58,515 nt of DNA from Pyrinomonadaceae bacterium (GTDB lineage: Bacteria > Acidobacteriota > Blastocatellia > Pyrinomonadales > Pyrinomonadaceae). The stretch lies in the NCBI GenBank assembly GCA_013003295.1, contig JABDJV010000101.1, forward strand, positions 1 through 58,515, read 5' to 3'. This document shows, in pieces, positions 26,325-34,360 of this stretch. Position numbers and translations under genes: made by a program. The notes beneath the pieces were generated by a model, which ran no database searches, was not told the DNA's origin, and saw nothing but the letters and a program-made list of their open reading frames with translations. Within the stretch, counting starts at the first letter, position 1, and each line of letters opens with the position of its first letter.

Positions 26325-26379
26325 AAAAGCACATACTGTAGCTTAATACTATAAGTATTAAACTGAAGTATGCGCTTTT
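26325..26379 (-). promoter_or_regulatory. Imperfect 25-nt-arm hairpin followed by a U-rich tract in the aminotransferase leader (attenuator-like)
   Basis: AAAAGCACATACTGTAGCTTAATAC (26325-26349) pairs with GTATTAAACTGAAGTATGCGCTTTT (26355-26379). On the minus strand the hairpin is followed by TACTTTTTAAC and ends about 43 nt before ATG 26281. Confidence 0.4.
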
Positions 26380-26686
26380 ATCCGCACAATCTCTAAAACA
26401 ATATTTCCGATTTCTTCTCCAGTGATGAAATACTGCCCGGCTAACGAGAACTAACTTTATTTTATATTTGTTTCATTGTCGTAAATCAAATCCGCCGACA
26501 AAAAATTTTGGACCAATTTTATCAGTTTCGCCGATCATGCCTGAAAAGCGAACAACAAACCTTGCCGTGAGCGTCTAAAGATATATAATAATTAGTGATA
26601 TTTCACATTAAACTTATTAATATATGCTGTGCAGATCAAACGCGTCTGCCAGCTTATGTGTTTAAATAAAAACCAGGGAGGATAAA

Positions 26687-27853
26687 ATGACAATACCAAC
26701 TGAAAATGTCGGATCACTACCGCGTCCGATGAGTCTGCAGAACGCTATTGCGGAATACGACGCAGGAAATATTACGCAGGATGAATTGAGAACCATTCAG
26801 GATGAAGCTTGCCGGGATTCAATTACGCGGATGGAAGCAACAGGCGCTCCGATAGTTTCGGATGGTGAACAACGGGCTTCCAGTTTTGCAACATACCCAT
26901 TGGCTGATACGTTGGCTGGAACCGGACTTGCAGACAATCTTGCTGGTGACGGTCAGTATTTCGCGATCTTTACGGATGGACATCACCGACAGCTTCCGCG
27001 TCTGACTGGCGGACCGTTCAGGTATAAAACATATGCTGCGGACTACTTAAAAGATTCGATCAAATACGCAACCAAGCCGATGAAGCAAGCGGTCATTGCT
27101 CCTTCGATGCTTTCATTGCTTTACCCATTAGATGATGAGGTAGAAGGCTATACTCGTGATCAGTTCTTACACGACTTGTGTGACGAAGCCGAAAAAGATA
27201 TTCGTCTCGCGTTTGAGGCCGGGGCAAAAAGAGTTTCCATCGATTTCACAGAAGGGCGTCTGGCCTGCAAAAACGATCCGAATAACCCTTGGACGGGACG
27301 CAACATGCTTGAATCGTTTATCGAACTCAACAACCGCGTGATCGACCGTTTTACACCGGAAGAACGAACAAACATAGGCATTCACACATGTCCGGGCGGA
27401 GACTGCGACTCAACACATAGTGATGAGGTCGATTATGCAGAGCTATTACCGCATATGTTTAAGATGAATGCGGGTTATTTCCTAATACAGCTGGCAAGTG
27501 AAAAAGACAAAGAATATGTCTATGAACTCTGCGGCAAGCACAGTCGTGAGGATGCCAACGGCGTTGCCCAGGTATGTTTTATTGGCGTGATCGACCCATT
27601 AAATCCGGTCGTCGAAACCCCTGAGCAGGTCTGTAACGATCTCGTTACTGCGGCCAAATATATCCCGGTCGAAAGGCTTGGCTCGACCGACGATTGTGGC
27701 TTCTCGCCATTTTCGATCGATGTAAAACCGAAACACGGCTCGCCGGATGTAGCGCGCGATATTGCTTTTAAGAAAATCGAATCGCGGGTAAAAGGAACGG
27801 CGATGGCAAGTGAGCAGCTGCGAGGCACCGCAGCGGCTTCGACAGCTGGCTAA
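26687..27853 (+). CDS. Cobalamin-independent methionine synthase family protein (MetE C-terminal domain-like)
   Basis: N-terminal ENVGSLPRP, HTCPGGDCDS and DDCGFSPF (Zn-ligand regions of the Meth_synt_2 fold). SD GGGAGG lies 5 nt upstream. Confidence 0.7.
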   Translation: MTIPTENVGSLPRPMSLQNAIAEYDAGNITQDELRTIQDEACRDSITRMEATGAPIVSDGEQRASSFATYPLADTLAGTGLADNLAGDGQYFAIFTDGHHRQLPRLTGGPFRYKTYAADYLKDSIKYATKPMKQAVIAPSMLSLLYPLDDEVEGYTRDQFLHDLCDEAEKDIRLAFEAGAKRVSIDFTEGRLACKNDPNNPWTGRNMLESFIELNNRVIDRFTPEERTNIGIHTCPGGDCDSTHSDEVDYAELLPHMFKMNAGYFLIQLASEKDKEYVYELCGKHSREDANGVAQVCFIGVIDPLNPVVETPEQVCNDLVTAAKYIPVERLGSTDDCGFSPFSIDVKPKHGSPDVARDIAFKKIESRVKGTAMASEQLRGTAAASTAG

Positions 27854-28039
27854 ACTTCCACACTATGCGTTTACGCTATACGCTTTTTTATAAATCGGGA
27901 GATTTATTCCGGCCTGGCCGGAGTGAAAGCTGGTAGCGTATTCGCAAAATTATTTGGCCTGTGGTTTTTTGTTGTGGTGTATCATGCGCATAAGTGCTGG
28001 TGTTAAAAGCGCCGAACAATAAAAATTGCGGAATAAATA

Positions 28040-29488
28040 CTACCTGCGCGGCACATCCTCACCGATCGTCCACACAACGACCGAGCTTGAGAGCCCCAAT
28101 CCAGAAAGGCGTCCGGCCATCATGACAATCGTTTCACCGATTTCGACAGCGTCGTTATCGATAAGCGTTTTCTCGCCGGTTTTTAACATCTCCTCCGTTG
28201 AAGCAATCATATCCTGATAAAAAGGCGATACTCCCCAGATCAGAGAAAGCTGATTCCTTGCGCGCTTTGAAGTAGTCAGTGCAAAGGTTAGCAGTCCCGA
28301 CCGAAAGGCCGAAAGGCGGCGAGCCATCAAACCCGACTCCGTAAATACCCCGATCTTTTCGGTTTGAATTTCCTTTGCGCAATAGCCGGCAGCATTGCAA
28401 ATCGCCTGTGATGTTCGTCCGGAGGGCTCCTGATCAAACTTTATTGATCTTTTCAGCTGTCCGGCTTTTACGGTTTCCGCCGAATCAATGATCTTTGCCA
28501 TGATCTCGACGGTTCCGATCGGATAATCTCCGGTTGCGGTTTCCGCCGAAAGCATAACTGCATCGGTTCCATCCCAAACCGCATTGGCAACGTCTGATGC
28601 CTCGGCCCTAGTCGGGCGCGGGTTTTCAATCATTGACTGAAGCATCTGTGTTGCCGTGATCACAAACTTATCGTTGGCAATGGATTTTTCAATGATCTCC
28701 TTTTGATAAACGGGCACCAGCTCGACGCTTGTTTCAACACCCAGATCGCCCCGTGCCACCATGAGTCCGTCTGAGGCGGCGATTATCTCGTCAAGATTCT
28801 CGATCGCTTCGGCCTTTTCGATCTTGGCTACAAGCAGCGCACGCCCGTGTTTCCGAGTGTTTTTGTCCTTTATGATCTTCTTTACTTCGCGGCAATCGAT
28901 CGCTTTGCGAACAAAGGAAAGAGCGATGTAATCAACATCTTGTTCCAAGGCCCAGTCCAGATCCTGGCGATCTTTTTCAGTCAAACTCGGAATTGGCAGC
29001 ACAGTATTCGGAAGATTTATGCCTTTGCTTGGGTACAGCAGCCCGCCCGAGGTAATTTTGCAGACTACATCTGTTTCGGTTTTTTCGATCACCTCTAATT
29101 CGAGCGCCCCGTCGTCAAGGAGTATTCTTCGGCCAACCTTTGCCACCTCCGGTAAACGCTTAAAATTTGTGGCGACCTGTGTCTCGTCCCCGACAATATC
29201 CCGATTGGTCAAAACAAACTTCTCATCGATATGCAGCTGCACCGGATGGTTGTCCTTAAGTGAGCGGGTTCGTATCTTTGGTCCGGAAAGGTCCACCAAA
29301 ATCGAGAGAGGTGAATCTAACCGATCTGCCGCCGCGCGCGCATTCTTGATCGATTCGGTATGCTCCTCGCAGGTGCCGTGCGACATATTTATTCGAACGG
29401 CGTTGGCACCGGCCCTAATTAAATCTTCGATCTCTTCTTGTGTCTTCGAAGCGGGCCCGAGCGTAGCTAAGATTTTTGCTCTTCTCAT
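28040..29488 (-). CDS. pyk: Pyruvate kinase
   Basis: MRRAKILATLGPAS, RINMSHG, MVARGDLGVE, and ATQMLQSMIENPRPTRAEASDVANAV. Confidence 0.95.
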   Translation of the reverse strand: MRRAKILATLGPASKTQEEIEDLIRAGANAVRINMSHGTCEEHTESIKNARAAADRLDSPLSILVDLSGPKIRTRSLKDNHPVQLHIDEKFVLTNRDIVGDETQVATNFKRLPEVAKVGRRILLDDGALELEVIEKTETDVVCKITSGGLLYPSKGINLPNTVLPIPSLTEKDRQDLDWALEQDVDYIALSFVRKAIDCREVKKIIKDKNTRKHGRALLVAKIEKAEAIENLDEIIAASDGLMVARGDLGVETSVELVPVYQKEIIEKSIANDKFVITATQMLQSMIENPRPTRAEASDVANAVWDGTDAVMLSAETATGDYPIGTVEIMAKIIDSAETVKAGQLKRSIKFDQEPSGRTSQAICNAAGYCAKEIQTEKIGVFTESGLMARRLSAFRSGLLTFALTTSKRARNQLSLIWGVSPFYQDMIASTEEMLKTGEKTLIDNDAVEIGETIVMMAGRLSGLGLSSSVVVWTIGEDVPRR

Positions 29489-29523
29489 AGATTGATTATA
29501 AGTATCGTAAAATGAAGAAAATG

Positions 29524-30456
29524 TTACAAGTTACGCGATTTCTTTCGAAGATCGACGATGTCAATATCCTCAAACGCGACCTTTCCTTCTTTTGGTAAAG
29601 CGTTGTCAGCGTACACCTTCCACTTGATCTCCGACCATTCGCTATTGAGTTCAGCAAAATTCTCTTTGAGTCGAATTTTCCAGCTCATGGTCATATTTCT
29701 CAAAAGCGGGAAATCTGATTTGAAGGTTTCGTCCGCATATTCCTGGTTCAGATTTGTCAGCCGATGCCTGTAAAACCTTCCGCCGTCTTTTATGCTCCGT
29801 TGGTTTTCGATCTTTGTTAGGGCATCTACCGGAACGTCGACAAAACACGCCACGTACCGGGCATATGCCGAACCCAAATTTTTTGCCTGAACAATAAGAT
29901 ATTGTTCGGTTTTGGATTCCTCATCCGGGGAATTTTTGATTTCGATCAAAAACCTTGTAACAACATCCGGCGTTTGCTCACGAAACATGACGTCTCGTAT
30001 TTCATAGTCTTCCATCGGAACCGACTGAAAATTGAAGCGTTTATAATACCGGTGATTGTTTGCCTGGTGAGCGGTGTGGCTTTGCGGAATATCAATCACA
30101 TAAACTGCGTCATTCTCTCCGGATCCTAATTGCACTGAGTGTATGACGATACCGTCGATCCGCGGGCGTATACTGTTTATGATCTGCTCAATCCATTCAC
30201 GGGGAATCTCGGATCGGTCAACCGGAAATATTTTTTCCGGTAAATGCTTTTTGTCGGCTTCAGCATACTCGCGAATTCCGTAAATCAAAAGACCGCCGGC
30301 TGAATTTGCCATCGCCGAAACGTCTTTGGTGATCTCCCGTTTTTGCTGATCGCTTCTTCCGAGTGCTTCACCTGATTTATATTCAAGGGTTAAGGACTCT
30401 TCGATCCCACTCTGTATAAGGTTTTGAATTTTCGCTTCAGTCCAGGTCTTTGGCAT
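29524..30456 (-). CDS. AlbA_2 (Schlafen-like, divergent AAA) domain protein with uncharacterised C-terminal half
   Basis: The N-terminal ~150 aa carry ESLTLEYK and AMANSAGGLLIYGI, matching the E-x-x-LEFK and AxxNxxGGxLxxG blocks of AlbA_2. The C-terminal ~160 aa are not recognisable. Confidence 0.6.
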   Translation of the reverse strand: MPKTWTEAKIQNLIQSGIEESLTLEYKSGEALGRSDQQKREITKDVSAMANSAGGLLIYGIREYAEADKKHLPEKIFPVDRSEIPREWIEQIINSIRPRIDGIVIHSVQLGSGENDAVYVIDIPQSHTAHQANNHRYYKRFNFQSVPMEDYEIRDVMFREQTPDVVTRFLIEIKNSPDEESKTEQYLIVQAKNLGSAYARYVACFVDVPVDALTKIENQRSIKDGGRFYRHRLTNLNQEYADETFKSDFPLLRNMTMSWKIRLKENFAELNSEWSEIKWKVYADNALPKEGKVAFEDIDIVDLRKKSRNL

Positions 30457-30490
30457 TTTTGAAAGTATATATGTTAGGCGGAATTTTCAA

Positions 30491-30618
30491 CGCTCAAAAA
30501 AATGTAGGGGCGACGGCTTGTCCTCGCCCGTTGAGCGATAGCGAAAAATGCGTTCTTGGTCCGCGCCTACAAGATAAACACGCTTTTCTTCGCCATCCGG
30601 CTCGATTACAAGCGAGCC
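30491..30618. repeat. GTAG-headed nested hairpin plus second hairpin
   Basis: CGCTCAA (30491-30497)...TTGAGCG (30531-37) encloses GTAG-GGGCGA (30508-13)...TCGCCC (30524-29). A second hairpin is GGCTCG...CGAGCC (30599-30618). Confidence 0.65.
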
Positions 30619-30641
30619 GCCCCGCGTTCAGCCAGGCGCCC

Positions 30642-32588
30642 TTACAATTCTTTTGATCGCTTCAAATAATTCTCAACCGTAGCAACAAACGTCGAATGCG
30701 ACCACGTCAGAGGCGAAACCGAAACCGGCGATCCATCAATTGGGCTTATCTGCTCGGCGAGGACGCCGGAATCGAGTGCGTTTTTCGCGGTCCATTCAAG
30801 AAGCTCGAGAGCGCCTTTCAAATCTTCCCGGCTCTTTGCATGGGCGATCCGATAATCTGCCAGCCAAAGCGTACAAATCACCCAGGGGTTCCCGGTGAAA
30901 TCATCTGAAACACGCATATACCCATCGTCATTGAATCTAGCGATCCCTCCGATATCGCCGTTCACCCAAAGATTTTCTACGATCGCATTCATTGTATTTT
31001 TTACGGCCTCATCGTCCGGATCGAAAACATCAAAATAGAACAACCCAAACATCGAAGCATCGATGGCGGGGTCCGCTTCAAAATTCTCGTCGTCGTTTGT
31101 GTTTAATGCCCGTAGGAAACGCCCGTGTTCGTCGCTGTATAGATACTCGCGCATTGCACTGACAATTTCTTCAGCCGCGGCTTCATATTTCTCTGCGTGA
31201 TTTTCTTCGCCAAACATATGTGCAAAATTGGCTGCTGCGCGAAGGCCGCCAACTACGCTTGCACAGGTGAACGTATGAACACCCCGTCGGTCTTCCCATA
31301 GATTCCAGGAGGCTTTTGGCAGCTTCGTATCACCATAACGAAAATCACACATAAAATTGGCGCACTTTATGATCAAAGGTCTGTAGAGGCTGCGAACAAA
31401 CTCTACTTCGCGAAACCTATCGTAGTGTTCCCAAAGTGCCCAAACCACAAGCGAAGTTTCATCCTCCTGAATTGGCACGAGCCGCTTTTTTGCAAACACG
31501 TCCCAGGCAGCATGCCAACCCGATGCAACCGTTCCATCGGCATTATATTTCTGGAGAAAATAGCCATCGTCATCATTTAGAATTGCGGCGCAAAACCGAA
31601 AAAACTTTCGTGTTAGATATGGATAACCGGCAAGGTCCAGGGCGTTGGCGACAAATGCACCGTCGCGGGTCCAAAGATAGCTGTAATGATCGGTCGCCCG
31701 CTCGGTTACATCTGAATCATTTGCGGCGAGAATGGCACCTTGATTATCGATCTGTGTGCGAACGATCAAAAGCGAACGCTTGTAGAGTTCAACGATCGCA
31801 TGCGAAAGCCCGCCAAAATCTTTTTCGTTTTTGTTTACCCAAACGCGCCAATAGTTTTTTGTATAACCAAGGCATTCTTGAGGAGTTTCATCAAGAATAT
31901 TCTTATTCAGTTCGCATACTTCTTCGTGCGAGGCGCCGGCGGCGATCCAATAATAAAACTCCCTGGAAGATTTGGGGCCAATTGTCAGGTTTTTTTGTAT
32001 CGTCGAATCTACCGAGCCTTCCGTGATCGCTCCTCCATCGATCTCGCCGTCTTCGGCATCGCGCCAGGTCCCTTCCTGATCGCGAAACTCTTTTCTTCCG
32101 GTCACAAATTTGTCGAAATGCGGTTCTGTGTTGATCAAAAAATATCGGTGCTTTTTGTAGTGAATAAGAGAGAAGCTATCGGGATCGTAAAACGCGGTAT
32201 CTCCTACCTTGTTCTCATAAATCCGGAAATCGTGGTGTAGAAATACCCTGACATCGCGTTCCGTATCGCGCAGATTGTTTACCTCGATCTTCCGCAAGAA
32301 AATACTCTCGTGGCTTTTGACGGTGTCATTTGAAATGATCTCAATTCCGAGATCGTCATTTGTGAGGGTGACATCGGTGACCAGTGTTTCCGGAAGATAT
32401 TTAAGAGTTCGTTTCCAGGCGTCATCAAATATCCAGGAGAATTCGCCATCCACCCAAACACCAAAACGAAAGGGAAACCCTTCAGTATGATTCTCCTGCC
32501 CGACATGCGGAAAAAATATATCGCGAATTTGGTATTTATCGTCGAAGGTTACAAGCAGAGATCCATTTCCAACCGGTATATCACGCAT
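30642..32588 (-). CDS. Glycoside hydrolase family 15 protein (glucoamylase/trehalase-like)
   Basis: 648 aa. N-terminal beta-sandwich start MRDIPVGNGSLLVTFD, and an (alpha/alpha)6 catalytic region with YSYLWTRDGAF and WNLWEDRRGVHTFT. Confidence 0.85.
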   Translation of the reverse strand: MRDIPVGNGSLLVTFDDKYQIRDIFFPHVGQENHTEGFPFRFGVWVDGEFSWIFDDAWKRTLKYLPETLVTDVTLTNDDLGIEIISNDTVKSHESIFLRKIEVNNLRDTERDVRVFLHHDFRIYENKVGDTAFYDPDSFSLIHYKKHRYFLINTEPHFDKFVTGRKEFRDQEGTWRDAEDGEIDGGAITEGSVDSTIQKNLTIGPKSSREFYYWIAAGASHEEVCELNKNILDETPQECLGYTKNYWRVWVNKNEKDFGGLSHAIVELYKRSLLIVRTQIDNQGAILAANDSDVTERATDHYSYLWTRDGAFVANALDLAGYPYLTRKFFRFCAAILNDDDGYFLQKYNADGTVASGWHAAWDVFAKKRLVPIQEDETSLVVWALWEHYDRFREVEFVRSLYRPLIIKCANFMCDFRYGDTKLPKASWNLWEDRRGVHTFTCASVVGGLRAAANFAHMFGEENHAEKYEAAAEEIVSAMREYLYSDEHGRFLRALNTNDDENFEADPAIDASMFGLFYFDVFDPDDEAVKNTMNAIVENLWVNGDIGGIARFNDDGYMRVSDDFTGNPWVICTLWLADYRIAHAKSREDLKGALELLEWTAKNALDSGVLAEQISPIDGSPVSVSPLTWSHSTFVATVENYLKRSKEL

Positions 32589-32593
32589 AGATA

Positions 32594-33166
32594 CTAATTT
32601 GAGACGTATTTGGCGACAGCCTCATCAAGTTTTTTCTTGACCACCTCATCGTACCCGACCAACTGCGTAACAAGCTTGCCGCTGCGGTCAAAGACAAGAG
32701 TTTGAGGAATTGTGTTGTCGTCTCCAAGAAGGGTGTAGATCAATGCATCTTCGGGAGTTGCAAGCGTGTAATCGATCTTCAGACGCTCTACAAAGGCCGG
32801 AACTCTCGGCGCATCCTCCTTTCCGCCCACATGGAGACCGATCACTTTCAAACCATCTTTGCCGTATTGCGCCTGTAATTCCTTGAGATGCGGAATCTCT
32901 TCGATACAGGGCGGACAATATGTGGCCCAAAAATCCAGGATCAATACTTTTCCGTTGTAGTCTCCTATTACTTCTACCTTTTCGCTGTCGAGAATCGTCC
33001 AACCGAGTTCTTCAACCGGCTTTGTCGGCGGCATCGGTAAATTTGTGCGCGGCATGGTGTTGCGGGAGATGGGCTTGTCAGAGATAGAGACCGGCTCGGC
33101 GGCGGGCCGGCAGGCGGAAACAAGTAAAATGGAAAAAGTTAAAAAGAAGAAATACAAAAGTTTCAT
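32594..33166 (-). CDS. TlpA/ResA-like thiol-disulfide oxidoreductase lipoprotein
   Basis: Lipobox LLVSAC. Thioredoxin motif FWATYCPPC. Confidence 0.85.
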   Translation of the reverse strand: MKLLYFFFLTFSILLVSACRPAAEPVSISDKPISRNTMPRTNLPMPPTKPVEELGWTILDSEKVEVIGDYNGKVLILDFWATYCPPCIEEIPHLKELQAQYGKDGLKVIGLHVGGKEDAPRVPAFVERLKIDYTLATPEDALIYTLLGDDNTIPQTLVFDRSGKLVTQLVGYDEVVKKKLDEAVAKYVSN

Positions 33167-33171
33167 GTAGG

Positions 33172-33341
33172 AATATAGTAAATAGTGAATCGAAAATAGT
33201 AAATAGAATAATCAATGAAATAGCAGTTTGCTACTAATCAGTGCATCGAAAATGGTGAGTCGAAAATAGTAAATGGAGAATGGTAAATAGAGAGGATACT
33301 ATTCACTATTCACCATTCACTATTCACCATTTACCGATCAC
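33172..33341. repeat. Heptamer-periodic inverted arrays (GTGAATA/GTAAATA family facing TATTCAC/CATTTAC)
   Basis: Right arm: TATTCAC TATTCAC CATTCAC TATTCAC CATTTAC CGATCAC at 33300-33341. The left side (33172-33299) holds complementary 7-mers such as AGTAAAT AGTGAAT CGAAAAT AGTAAAT and ATGGTGA GTCGAAA ATAGTAA ATGGAGA ATGGTAA. Confidence 0.8.
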
Positions 33342-33370
33342 GGTTAATCTCAAGCCATCACCTACCGGTT

Positions 33371-33570
33371 CTTATTCGCGTGAATTCGTGGGCGAACTCT
33401 TGGTTGATCCGCTCAATCTCACAATCCTTGAACAGGTCGCTACCGCTCCCGGTACAGTTCTTCCCGTCTTATTCGTGTGAATTCGTGTGAATTCGTGGGC
33501 GAACTCTTGGTTGATCCGCTCAATCTCACAACCCTCAAACAGGTCGCTACCGCTCACGGTACAGTTCGGA
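33371..33570. repeat. Direct tandem repeat, 2 copies of about 97-100 bp
   Basis: Copies start at 33371 and 33468 (CTTATTCG(C/T)GTGAATTCGTGGGCGAACTCTTGGTTGATCCGCTCAATCTCACAA...GGTCGCTACCGCTC-CGGTACAGTTC). Copy 2 has an extra GTGTGAATTC. Confidence 0.85.
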
Positions 33571-33583
33571 TCATCGTTCGCTC

Positions 33584-33632
33584 TATTCACTATTCACCAT
33601 TTACCAATCACCAATTACCATTTACCATTTCA
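33584..33632. repeat. Heptamer tandem array (TATTCAC family), single arm, abutting the nifU-like start
   Basis: TATTCAC TATTCAC CATTTAC CAATCAC CAATTAC CATTTAC CATTTCA, ending 3 nt before GTG 33636. Confidence 0.8.
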
Positions 33633-33635
33633 TTC

Positions 33636-34217
33636 GTGGGCGATTTCTATCCGGAAAAAATAAGCGAAAGATTCAGCAGCCCGAATTACGCGGGGATGAT
33701 TAAAGAGGCGAGCGCCAAGGGAAAAGGGGCGAGCTTCGTTTGCGGTGTCTCCATAAATTTCTCTCTAAAAATTAATGGTGAAACAAAAGAGATCATCGAA
33801 GCGAAGTTTAAGACAAACGGATGCGGATACGTGATCGCGGCGGCTGACATGATCGCTGAAAGGATAAACGGACAAATGCTCACCGATCTGCACGGTTTGG
33901 AAGATCTGGCAATTCTGGCGCGTGAAGAGCTTGGCCCTGTTCACGAATCCCGCGAGCATTGTATTGATATCTGTTTTTACGCTCTCGGAAATGCCCTCGC
34001 TGAATATCGTCAGGGTTTGGTCGAAGAATGGACCGGCGAAAAGGCGTTGATCTGCACATGCTTTGGTGTTTCCGAAGAAAAGGTTGAAAACCTAGCATCA
34101 AAAGAAGGAATAAAGACAGTTGAAAGCATCGGAGATAATTGCAGCGCCGGAACGGGGTGCGGTTCTTGTCAACCGTTAATTCAGGAGATCCTGGACGCTC
34201 ATGATTCAAATTTCTGA
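33636..34217 (+). CDS. NifU-like Fe-S scaffold protein (IscU/NifU N-domain + BFD-like [2Fe-2S] domain)
   Basis: From GTG 33636: VGDFYPEKISERFSSPNYAG resembles NifU N-termini. Also FVCGVS, KTNGCGYVIAAADM, REHCIDI, then CTCFGVSEE...CSAGTGCGSCQ. The track ORF start at 33477 lies inside repeats and is rejected. No SD seen. Confidence 0.7.
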   Translation: MGDFYPEKISERFSSPNYAGMIKEASAKGKGASFVCGVSINFSLKINGETKEIIEAKFKTNGCGYVIAAADMIAERINGQMLTDLHGLEDLAILAREELGPVHESREHCIDICFYALGNALAEYRQGLVEEWTGEKALICTCFGVSEEKVENLASKEGIKTVESIGDNCSAGTGCGSCQPLIQEILDAHDSNF

Positions 34218-34260
34218 GAATCCGACCTGATTAGAGAGCTTTATAGGTAAAAAACATTCG

Positions 34261-34269
34261 TGATATAAT
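34261..34269 (+). promoter_or_regulatory. Extended -10 promoter candidate
   Basis: TGATATAAT, about 92 nt upstream of ATG 34361. Weak -35. Confidence 0.3.
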
Positions 34270-34360
34270 TCCATTCGCTTTCAAGGCGATCATTCTAATT
34301 TTTTGGAGAAATTACTCGATCGGGTTTTTTGACGAAAACCACAGTTTTAAAACAAAATAA

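Noticed and set aside
26380-26686. SAM, cobalamin or T-box riboswitch upstream of the MetE-like gene or the aminotransferase.
   Set aside because: Reading both strands, I found none of the conserved cores I know: the SAM-I GAGGGA...GCAACC, the B12 box, or the T-box AGAGA...GGTGGNACCGCG. Only a covariance-model scan could settle this.
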